A stretch of DNA of 64,000 nucleotides from the human T2T-CHM13v2.0 reference genome, Homo sapiens, in assembly GCF_009914755.1 (NCBI RefSeq), contig NC_060930.1, one strand, 5' to 3'. A program made the translations under genes and the position numbers. Below are positions 12,735 through 23,583 of the stretch, in pieces. Numbering within the stretch: the first letter of the stretch is position 1; every line of letters begins with the position of its first letter. The notes under the pieces are model-generated. The model was given only the letters and a program-made list of their open reading frames with translations, was not told the DNA's origin and did not search any database.

Positions 12735-15313
12735 GTGATTGGATGGAAGGTGCAGTACGTACACAGGTGTGCTTGACAAAGAGTGGGAAGGAGAGACCAA
12801 AATCTAGAGAGAGCCTGAGAGATCTGACTTGCTCCATCAGAGCTGTGCATGCTTCAGAAAGATTTGGGAAGTGCTCCTGTTAATTTTGCCTTTGAAATAG
12901 ACTACTTTGGTTGAGATGCAAATATAAGGGCTGTTCCAGTGATACAGAAGTGAAACTCCTTAGCCTTGCTAGTTGATTTGTGTTTCTGATCATTCTGTTG
13001 ATGGGCTGGCTTTAGCAGAGTGTGCCCTGGTTGATATTTATCGTGATTGATTTTACAGTCTGACCTTGGTCTCAGCAGACACATGGCAGTGAAAATGAAA
13101 GGTATTTAGGAGACCAGCCAAAATATCTACATTGAGGTTATGAAAAATGGAACCCTAAATGCCTGATATCCACTCTAATTTGCCTGGTTTACCTGGTGTT
13201 AATTGCTTCCTGGCCTTACTTCTCAGAATGGACCTTTACATTTCATATCCTTTTCACTTGGAAGTCTATTGTTTTAATTCTTTCCACAGTATGGAAGTGG
13301 ATGCATTTTCATTTTCTTTTTTTGGCTTCACTAAAGACAGTTCAATTAACCTCTGAACAGTAGGTTTGACAATCCTGACTTTGCATCTAACATTTTCTTG
13401 AATTTCTGCTTCTACTGGGCTCTTGGTGGTAAGATCAGGAAATTATCATGAACAATTTATTTGTTTCCTAAATCAAATCAAGCAATGACAGCATGAGCAA
13501 AAGTGTTTGTTTTTGTCTTTAAACTATTTTTTAAAGGAACTGATTGTTAAAGAAAATATTTCCTTTCTTCTTTTGTTAAGGTACCTATTATCTTTTTTGG
13601 TATAGATTTAGCTTGCATACATTTTCCATTTGTCTTGTTTCTCTATAGAAAACTCCTCTGTAGATTGAAAATAAAAAAAGTAAGTAAACAAATTAGTCCA
13701 AGGCCCTTGGACCACCCTTTTATATAGATGGTTTGTTCCCCCAGAGCATTTTGAAACTGCACTGCTGCCCTTCCCTGTATTTAATGAGACCTATGGGCAA
13801 ACACATGATTCAGTGGAAACTAAGAGGCAGAGTTTAAATATGCTCTGATGACAGCTGGCTTACTTGTGTGAGCTGTTGCAAAAGAACTTTACTAATGGTT
13901 CAAGCAGATGGACAGAAGGAAGAAAGCTGAATGTTAGAATGTGTGAGAGACCAAAGGTCAAGGTGAATGAGGCTGGTGATTTCCTGAGGTCTGTGGGTGT
14001 TTTGTGTTGCAGTCTAAATTGAGGGTTGTTTTTAATTTGATGCATTTTTCTAAACTTTAAAGAGCTTCATTAAATCTCCTCCCATCCCAAATGTCTCAGC
14101 TCTTCAATTAGTTCTCAATTAAATTTTAGCTTTTACCTTTTAAGATAATATGGTATTTACTTGTAAAGTATAGACATTTATAATGTTTTTAAGGGTCAGT
14201 TTAAAGTGGTCTATTTAATGAATATTTTTTACAAAACATGATCCCATGAGGTTTTTTACCAACAATGTACATATACTATATCCTCTTGCCCTTTTTTAAC
14301 TTCAAAATAATTTTTCTGCTGGTGCACGGTGATTATAAAACACTTTAAATATATTGCATAAAGAATAACTGCCATTCGATTCTTTCTGGAAAACCCTACT
14401 TTCCAGATACTTGCTGCGATTTAGGTTAAAAATCCAATATCATTTTTGTATTTCTTCTGATTTTGTAACTCTTATATCTTTCATCTTTAATCAAGTTCTA
14501 CTGAAGCCAAGACATTAACTAACTTTTAGTTTGACAATCAAGCCCTTTAAAAGAGGTCATAAATTTAAAAGGAAGATTGTTTTTGTTCCAGAAGAGAGAT
14601 TATTTTGAAAGCTAAAATATATGTACCACTTATGGAAAGAAACAAAGTAAATCTTTGTTGCATAAGGTACATTCTTTATTTCTCTGGTTCAAGGAATGGA
14701 GCAGGCTGCTGGAGGAAGTGGAGAAAGGTGCTCCTCTAGCTGCCTGGGTACCATGCCTTTCTTCCCATAGGGGATGGCATTGCATTGGCAGTTGCCTTGG
14801 GGTCAAGTATTTATTTATTTAAAGATATAATTTTAATTATATGAAACCCCAAATTTAAGAGTGTGTAAAATATTAACACAGCAATTAGATGTATTGTTTA
14901 TCACCTTGATTTCCAAGCCCTGTCAGACTGAAATCCATTTGGGAGTCATAAAAAATCACCAGGACTGGCCATTTAAAAAAATTACCTCAAATCACAATTA
15001 GCAGCTCTTTATTTGCAGTTTTCATACATATATGGAGGTGCTGTTTGTGTTGCCATTTCAGAAATAATTCACTATGACCAACTACACTGAAAAATAAGTG
15101 CACAAGTAGAGGTTGAGGTCATTTAAAATCAAACACATTCAAAATTTGAAGATAAGTAGTGTACTTGCCATACGTGGTTAATTTTTCTCATACTTTGGTT
15201 TCTGGTGATCTTCTGAGTGAGGACTTTGAAGTTTATAATTTATTATTAAAGAAATTCTTTAGGTGATGGGAAGGGTCTCGAAAGAAATCTATAAAAGCAA
15301 AATATAACACCTG

Positions 15314-15388
15314 TGGAAAGGAAGGGAGGAAGGGAGAGAGGGAGCAAGGGAGAGAGGGAGGGAGGGAGAGAGAGAGAAATAAATAAAG
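15314..15388. repeat. GA-rich low-complexity polypurine tract
   Basis: (GGGA)/(GA) repeats. Confidence 0.85.
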
Positions 15389-15824
15389 AATACTAATAGA
15401 TATGTAGATATTTATTTCTCTTCATGTTTTCAGCAAAAGACATTGGAAAAATTTTAAATTGTATTTAATTATATTAAAAATGATATTCATAAAGAGAAAA
15501 ATATCAGTTCCACTGACTTAATAAATTTCTCTGCACACCTTTAACCTAACCAACCATTTTATGAACAAAAAGTCATTGGAGACTTGATTGGGGAGCTAAG
15601 AAATTAAAGAAAGAAAAAAATGTCAATAAACCCGACTTGATTATGTAAACTTGACTTATTTTTGAATATAATTAAAATATATATTTTAAATATTAATACA
15701 AAATACATGTTTTAAACTACTGTGTAGTCACTGTCAGTGATATAACAATTTTTAGTTTTTGCTTTTTAGCACTTTTTAAACACATGTGCCCAGAAAATTT
15801 CCCTTTTAATTGATGTGCCACTGA

Positions 15825-16270
15825 GAAGACAGCCTGGTGTAGAGAAAGGAGCAGCGGACTTGGCAACAAACAGATATGGCTCCACCCACAGCTCTACATC
15901 CAACTGCTTTTGTGAGCTTGAGTAAATTTGTTAACCCCTCTGAGTTATTTCATAAAATGGGGATGAAACCTACCTTGCAGGGTTGCTGTGAGTTTTAAGT
16001 GGGTCAAGCTCTGCTCAGCAAATATTAGTTCCCTTCCTCTTTAGTTCACTTGAAGAAACATTTATTCAGATGCTGTGTTAGGCTAAATGCCTTACGTGTA
16101 ATAGTCTGGTTAATCTTCAAAACAAAACAGCAAGTCATGAGGTTGGTTCTCCAGTCATTGTTGTTCTGCACTGAGGAAACTGAAGCATAGAAACAGCTAA
16201 TAGTGAGTGCCTTAAACCTGGGTCTGCTTGATTCTAAAACCTGTATCCTTAACTGTTGAATATGCTGGGG
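15825..16270. mobile_element. Two convergent MIR elements (about 15825-16040 plus, about 16055-16270 minus)
   Basis: TTAACCCCTCTGAG...AAAATGGGGATGAAACCTACCTTGCAGGGTTGCTGTGAG; GAGGAAACTGAAGCATAGA. Confidence 0.7.
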
Positions 16271-16597
16271 AAAGAGATGGTCATATGAGGACAGAGAAAA
16301 AAAAAAGATTAGTAGTGATATAGGGATCAAGGGGTAAGAGACCAAAAGGATTGAACATTTTTGTAACTCTAATATCTGTAAAATGAACTTGAACTTTGTT
16401 TAGATATGACAAAGAGAATAAAAAACCATATTTTAAATGCTTGGCCATAATACATGGATACAAAACAGAAAAAGTCATGCAAAAAACAGAGCGGATAGGT
16501 CCCAAATGGACAGAATGTCTGTTGGTGAATCCTGTATAAGGAGGTTATTGTGATGTTGGCATGTTGGCATTATTAAGCATTTTTCTCTAGTACATAC

Positions 16598-16960
16598 TGT
16601 ATTTGTCAGGCTAGGCTAGGTTATGGTGTGGTGCAATAACAAACAGTGCCTAAACTTCAGTGGCTTGATACAGCAAGATTTTATTTTTCATCTGTGCAAA
16701 GTCTACTGTAAGTCTGATTGCCTTCCAGGACAACTGACCTCCATGAGGTCACCCAGGAATCTAGCTATTTCCATCTCAGGGCTCTATGGCTTCAACATGA
16801 AATCTGCGCTATGATTGCTGCCATAGGGGGAGAGAATGCTAAAGAACTTTCCTGGAAAAGTAAATTTTTTTACTCCTAACCCATCAACCAGACCTAAGTA
16901 CATACTCTGCCTAACTGCAAGGGGAAGAGGACTGTGTATTGTGTCACAAATCTGCACCAT
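16598..16960 (-). mobile_element. Old MLT1 (K/L-like) MaLR LTR
   Basis: TGTATTTGTCAGGCTAGGCTAGGTTATG...AATAACAAAC...TTCAGTGGCTT terminus. Confidence 0.6.
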
Positions 16961-18159
16961 GTATACTTAAGACTGTTGGTAGGCTGTTTATTTTCAGACT
17001 GTAGCTTTTATGACTATTTAACTGAGATAATTTCTACAAACTAAAACTCCCCCCAATAGAAAAGTGTCACTTTTATCTCAGCCATTTCTGATTAAGACGT
17101 ATTAAAATACTTAAGATGATTTAAGTGGGAGTTGTTATCTGGAAGTGATTTTGAAAACTAAATAGTCGTTGCTCTTCAATCAGCGGGGATTATGTAATGT
17201 TTGCTCTGCCCTGTTTCAAGCAGTAGAATATGATCTTACAGTTACAAATCTGTATAACAAAGAAAAAAAAAACAACAAAAACAAAAGAACTGCTCTTTCA
17301 TTCTGCCATAGTTTGTGGTGGGACTTGGTTTATATTAGAGACTGTTCATTTATTCTTAGGCCATTGAGCAGCAGAATGAGTGGTGAGGCAGGGTGAGGGT
17401 TATGACAGCTTCAGGGCATGCATGTTCTGAGGGTTCTTCCATAGTGAGACTGGAAAGAGCAAGTGGTCAAAGCTCTGGTTTCTACCTTTCCCCTATTTGA
17501 ACAATAATGACAATTTACCTGTGGCTTATGTGGTAGCATAAGCAAATAATTCCAGCCAAAGTAAACAGCATTTCAGTAATTCAGAAAGCAAAACCATCTC
17601 ATGATCATGAGAAAAGATAAAAATATAGATGCACATTGGTGAGGATTTTTAAAATAATTGCTATCCATGGTGTTCCTTCGGAGATTATTCCGTTACTTCT
17701 TGAGAAAGCAGAATTTACTTCTTGTTTATGAACATGGTGAAAATACAGGGACAGTAGAGGGTAGGAGAAACTTTCTAGTGGCTTAAATCAATTGTTTTCC
17801 TTGGCTTTGAATTTTTATTTTTAACAGGTAAAGTGTTGCATTTATTAAAAGCAGTAAAGTGGACCACAAAAAAAGGTTATTTCAAAAACTGTCAGCCAAG
17901 CACATTTATTGAGCACTCAATAGCTATGATCCAAAAATGTAAAAGTAAATAAACATAATAAAACAAATCAATTAACTGAACCAAGCAAACCACACTGGAA
18001 GCTTTTATCTTGTTCTTTCCTTCGTTGGCATCAAAGTCTGGCCACTCTTTGGAGATTTACACCTGCGGTGGTTTCATTGCCAAAATGCCTTCTTCCTAAC
18101 ACTTATCTCTATGAGAGGGTCCAGTAAAAAAACAGTTTTATCATCATAAAATTTGGGAG

Positions 18160-18265
18160 CCATAATTTCCTGATTCAGTTGCTTGGGGTAGGGCTCTGAA
18201 ATTTATATTTTAAAAAGTTCTTCAAGTGATTCACATACGTACCTGTTTCCAAAACTTGAATTTAG
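18160..18265. mobile_element. MER5A/B-like hAT-Charlie fragment
   Basis: TTCCTGATTCAGTTGCTTGGGGTAGGGCTCTGAAATTTATATTTTAAAAAGTTC...GTGATTC. Confidence 0.55.
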
Positions 18266-18366
18266 AGTGCTCCACAGTGGTGGGATTTGGGATCCAAGAG
18301 AGACATAATTCTGGCAACACTTTATGGCAACTGTTTTACACAAAGACTACTTTTAAGCAGCGCCAC

Positions 18367-18804
18367 TGATATAGTTTGACTATTTGTCTCTGCCCAAATC
18401 TCATGTTGAATTATAATTCCCAGTGTTGAAAGTGGGGCCTGGTGGGAAGTGTTTACATTATTGGAGTGATCCCTCATGAATGGCTTGGGTCATCACCTTG
18501 GCGATAAGTGAGCTCTCCATCTGAGTTTACACAAGATCTAGTCATCTAAAAGTGTGTGACACCTTCCCTTACCACCGCCCCCCTCTTTCTTGCTTGCTCC
18601 TGCTTTCTCCATTTGACGTGCCTGCTCCCCCTTCACCTTCTGTTATGATTGTAAGCTTCCTGAGGCCTCCCTAGAAGCCAAGCAAATGCCAACACCATGC
18701 TTCCTGTAAAGCCTACAGAGCCATGAGCCAATTAGACCTCTTTTCTTTGTAAATTACCCAGTCTCAGGTATTTCTTTGTAGCAGTGCAAAAACAGCCTAA
18801 TAGA
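18367..18804 (+). mobile_element. MSTB-like MaLR solo LTR
   Basis: TGATATAGTTTGACTATTTGTC...AAGCTTCCTGAGGCCTCCC...AAACAGCCTAATAGA. Confidence 0.88.
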
Positions 18805-19074
18805 CCTACAGCTGGGCAGGTTACACTTTATCTAGTGCTTCTGATTCTCACCTGCCTCACAGGATGTTTGGGTTAAAGCTCTGGCCAGAATGGATTGGTG
18901 TGCATCCTTGGATGTTTCATTTCATAGCTCTATGGTCTTTGGCAAGTTTTTAATTCTGAGCTCTGGTTGCAGTTGCCTTGTCTAATAAAGGAGCTAATTT
19001 TATCTGCTTGGTAGTATTAGAATATTTGTAAAAAAGCACTTCATTTGATGTCTGGAATATGGTAGATGTTCTGT

Positions 19075-19587
19075 TTCCATCTCACTCAGAGTAAAACTCA
19101 AAAGGCCCTCATAACCTGTGTCCCCACTTTCATTACCCCTGACCTCTTCTATTAGTTTCCCTGTTGCTTGCTTCACCTTGGCCTCACTTCTGTTCCTGAA
19201 ACCCTCCCTGGACACCTTGGCCCAGCCCCTGCACCTGCACATGCTTCTACCTGGAATATGCTGCTCTCAGCTACCTGCAGGTTTCCTCACTCCCTTCCTG
19301 GCCTGAAACAAATCCACTCTTCTCAGTGAGGCTCTCTCTCTCACCTTCCTGGTTTAAGTTGAAGCTTCTGCTTTCACTCTCTATTCCCCTTTCCTGCACT
19401 TATTACCATATACTATACTATATATTTTATTAATTTACCTTGTTTATTCTATCACCAGAATGTAAGCTCCAGCTGGGCGGAGTTATTTGTTTGTTTTTGT
19501 AATTACTTCTTAACTTTCTAACAGCAATAACAATGCCTGGCAGACAGTAGCTGTTTGTTTAGTAAATGTTTACTAAAAGAATGATTG
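19075..19587 (+). mobile_element. L2 3' end
   Basis: CAGAATGTAAGCTCC...CAATGCCTGGCAGACAGTAG...TAAATGTTTACTAAAAGAATGA. Confidence 0.7.
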
Positions 19588-20709
19588 TGAGTGGTGGTAG
19601 GTCAGTCTGGATAGGGGAGCATCATCATTAGGTCAGAGAAATTCTGGGCCAGGAAGTTTTGGTTTCAGATTGTCCTGGATGTCAAATCTTAGTATTATTT
19701 GGGGTGAACAAAATCACCACATTGTTCCTGTGAACATCTCAGCCACCTAAAATATATTTAGAAGGGTAATGACTCCGAGTTGTTCTAGATCCCACTTCCT
19801 TCCATGTCTCTCCATCTGGAATCACCTCTCAAGGCCAAGATGATACTTGGTCTGCATTTAGGGAAAGGACAACTGGGCAAAGTTTGAAACTGCCAGCTCA
19901 GAGATATCTTAGGACATCTGTTTGATGACACCTGATGATCAATGAATGATATTTGATTAATAATCTTGATTCACACTTCTCACCAATAAAATTTCTGTTG
20001 TTTTTCCTGAGATTCACCCTGGTGAACTTTTCAAGCTTCCTTGGACCCGTGAAGAGAAAAAATTCTCATGTCTCCTCTCATGCCTTCTCTGTGCTGCTGG
20101 AAAAGGCTCAGCTTCCTTAGCCTTTATTGTGTCCAGAGAAAGGGTCTCCCTCCCTTCCTCTATGGATAGGGATAATCAGATTTGGAGCTACCACTATCTT
20201 CTCATTTTCCCACTAAAAATAGTTTTTCCCCCAAAATGTAGTTAAAAGAAACCTGGAAATTATCATTTATGACAGAAATGTCAGTTTGTTGAAAAAATGT
20301 CGGTTTTACCAGATGCTTCTGGTCTTGGCTGCCTCATCCAGTTGCTCTCTCAACAGCTGCAAGCCCTTTGTCGGACCCCACACCTCCTCCCACGTGCTGT
20401 CTCTATCAGTTGGAGCCGAATTGGTGCCCGCTGCAGGCACTAAACTTCAGGCAAATAAAATAGCAGGGGTGAATCATGAACAAGACCAGTAAAAATAACC
20501 TTCCTCTGTGCCTCTAAATTACCTATTAAAATTACACTCCTGACTGCTCTTAGAAAGCTGAGTCAATGATTTGGAGGATAATTTTTCAGTTGGGGAATCC
20601 AAGGATATTGCTGAAAAAGGAAAAGAACTCATATTTATGAAAGGTGTATTGCTACAGATTTTGCCACGCAAAATTAGATTATATTTTACTGAATTCTCAC
20701 ACACACTGT

Positions 20710-20860
20710 GACGATGATACCCTTGTCTTACAGATGAAGAAACTAAGGCTCAGATAAATCAACTAAGTTACCCAAAGTCACATGTCTAATAAGTGGAAGA
20801 TTTTAGGTTGGATTGATTAGGAAGTCTGTTCCTTTGCTGGCATATCGTGCTGTTCTGCAC
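20710..20860 (-). mobile_element. MIR
   Basis: TTACAGATGAAGAAACTAAGGCTCAGA...AAGTTACCCAAAGTCACA. Confidence 0.75.
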
Positions 20861-21032
20861 TTGCCTGGCACAAATCCTGAGGGACATAACAAGTACTCTT
20901 GCCCTTGCCCTGATCCCCCATTCTTTTGAGTATTTCAAATCATCCTAAATTTGTAATATCTCAATAAATGCTGCCATGGAAAGTTGCCATGATGGAATTT
21001 TGTGTACCTACAAGAGACTCTGACATTTGCAG

Positions 21033-21136
21033 ACACTGTATGTTGAGAATGTTCGAATCCTCAAATTCAGAGGGCATTGTGGTATAAACTTCTCCACAAT
21101 TGCCTCAAAGCTGTACTGCAATGGGCTGGCTAGGTG
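21033..21136 (+). other. Candidate 104-nt exon of an unidentified (possibly non-coding) transcript
   Basis: Acceptor TTTGCAG|, consensus donor GTG|GTGAGT, one open frame (TLYVENVRILKFRGHCGINFSTIASKLYCNGLAR). Confidence 0.2.
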
Positions 21137-21339
21137 GTGAGTAAGGCTCAGTCACTGGTTATGCGATAGGCTTCTGCAAGCTAGCCAAAAAGATTAAAAT
21201 CCAAGCCTTAGAATAATTGCAAATTATTACATTGTGAAGATTGAGAGTTGATAGTGAATAAAATGTTAAATCTAACAGTCTATGGCACTACATCAAAACT
21301 TGACTAGGACTTCTCTTTAAAACCAGTCTTAGAGTTAAT

Positions 21340-21575
21340 ATAGGATTACGGTTAAAAGCAAGGACTTTGGAGACTGACTTCCCAGGCTTAAATCCTTGGT
21401 TTTGCCACTCACTAGCTGTATTTTCCCTCCTCTTTGCCTCAGTTTTTTTAACTTCAAAATAGTGATGATGCAACCTGCATCATCGTGTTGTATTAGCATT
21501 GCATGAAATTGTGGTTGTCAAATGCTCAGAACAGTGGCACTTAGTAGGATTTTGTGTTAGCTATTTTTATTATGT
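21340..21575 (+). mobile_element. MIR
   Basis: GGTTAAAAGCAAGGACTTTGGAG...TTTGCCACTCACTAGCTGT...CCTCAGTTT. Confidence 0.75.
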
Positions 21576-21744
21576 ATAACAATGCAAATTTTATTAACAA
21601 AGTTCATTTGTTTATGGTTCCATTGAATTTTGCCCAACATTCTACCCTTCAATTTACTTACTCTGGTCACCAGAATTGGGGCTGTACAACTTCATTCATT
21701 TAAAAATTTCAGATTTATCCTCAAAAGAAGAGGTTTTCTTTTAC

Positions 21745-21996
21745 ATTTATTTATTTAAAAATTTCAATTTTTATTTTAGATATAAGGGGTACATGTGCAG
21801 GTTTGTTAACATGGGAATACTGTACAATACCATGGTTTAGGGTATGGATCCCATCACCTATGTAGTGAACATAGTACCCAATAGGTAGTTTTTCAAACCA
21901 TGCTCCCCTCCCTCCTTCCCCGTTTGATTAGTCTGCAGTGTCTATTGTTCCTATGTTTATGTCCATGTGTGCCCAATGTTTGGCTCCCACTTATAA
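21745..21996 (-). mobile_element. L1PA15/16-like 3' end fragment
   Basis: GGGGTACATGTGCAGGTTTGTT...CATAGTACCCAATAGGTAGTTTTTC...GCTCCCACTTATAA. Confidence 0.85.
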
Positions 21997-22123
21997 AGAC
22001 AGTTCTGTCACCCAGGCTGGAATGCAGTGGCATAATGATAGCTCACTGCCTGAATTCCAGGGCTCAAGGGATCCTCCCAACTCAACCTCCCAAGTAGCTA
22101 GCTGTGAGTCATTGCGTCCGGCC
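21997..22123 (-). mobile_element. Free Alu right-type monomer (FRAM-like), fused to the L1 fragment
   Basis: Minus strand GGCCGGACGCAATG...GGGAGGATCCCTTGAGCCC...CACTGCATTCCAGCCTGGGTGACAGAACTGTCT. Confidence 0.75.
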
Positions 22124-23445
22124 AAGAAAAGGTGTTTCCATCTCCAAAGAAAGACCTTGCTTCAGTTTCTGACAGCAACAATTAGATGAGTGTAGTGTCT
22201 TCAACATCATTGTTTTTAAAGGGACAACATTCAATTTGCATGTATAAATTCTTCAATGTTGATTAAAAATTAATTCTATTACTTTATAGTTATACCTCAT
22301 AGAGGATGATCTCTTTAGCTTATTTCCTAAGATTTCCAACTCCATTTGTGATTTCATGAACATATTGAGATCTGTCCAATATACCGTACATTGCTCGAAT
22401 TAAACACAAACTCCAAAGCATCTCATCTGTAATTGCTATCAAAGAATCAAGGAGTTGAATCTAGTCTTACACTTGATACCAGCTGATGGAGATCAATAAT
22501 TTTTGACGAATTACCCTTTTCTAAGTGGCTTAGACTCAACAGGATTTAAAGTTCTGAGAAACTATTTTAACTTTCTTCAACCTTAGTTTACTTTAGCAAA
22601 GAAGTAAAATAATTAGGCAGAGACAAGATGGTAACTTTTTTTTAATATGGAAGTATGTCTCGGTTTTATGTTTTCATAGCAATTTTATTAATAACTAAAG
22701 TTTCATAAAATGTTATGAAAAAGTTTGCAACTCTATAGAATATTTAATAATAGTTCTTTCCTCATATAGACAAATGGTTGGGTTATAATGTCAGATATTT
22801 TTGCAGTTAAAAGTTATTCACTGGCATGACTGATTTTGCTTATTCCACAGAGCTCTTTCCTCTGAAAAAGGAAAGCTAGAGAAATGTTGATATGACAAAT
22901 TGCTGCTAAGTTTTGGGTCATTGGTTATGCTACTAAAAACTGCAAAGAACTTCGCTTTTGCCATCTTCTGGTTTTCTGTTTTGATTCCCTTCTCTATATC
23001 TTGGCAACTCCTCTTTAGTTCCTTTTATTATAACCCTCCTTTCTCTCTCTTCTTGTCTTTAATGAGATCTACTGGTCTCTTCCATTTCCTAGTAGGTAGG
23101 AGATTTAGTGCTCCTGATGTTCCCCCCAGCACCTAAAACAGTGACCCCCAAAACTCATGGATGTGCAAATAATTATTTCTTAAATTATTTCTCAATATAT
23201 TGTTCATAGCCAATATAAGTTAAGGGCATTAGCTTGTAAGGATGATAGTGGGAAAGTGGGGATAGTTCACAAACTGTTGTTAGGATTGTTTTCTTTTGAA
23301 CTGTGAACTATTAGAGATAAAATACCTAATAAGGAGGAATGAATTCTGTTAGTAGACCCTAAGACCTAGTGGTGGACTAGTGAGGAGAAACCATGGAGGT
23401 CCAGATGGAGAAGTCCTTTTCTGAATTCCATACGTATGTGATGTA

Positions 23446-23476
<31 letters not shown>

Positions 23477-23583
23477 AACACACATGCACACATGCACACA
23501 CACACATGCACACACACATGCACACACACGCACACACACACGGAGAGAGAGAGACAGAGTGAGAGTGAGAGAGAGAGAGAGAA
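23446..23583. repeat. Compound (CA)n-(GA)n microsatellite
   Basis: Direct reading; explains the three spurious ORFs at 23349-23691. Confidence 0.95.

Noticed and set aside
14694-14806. Plus-strand exon candidate EWSRLLEEVEKG...
   Set aside because: Acceptor is plausible but donors are weak, and the peptide is unrecognised.
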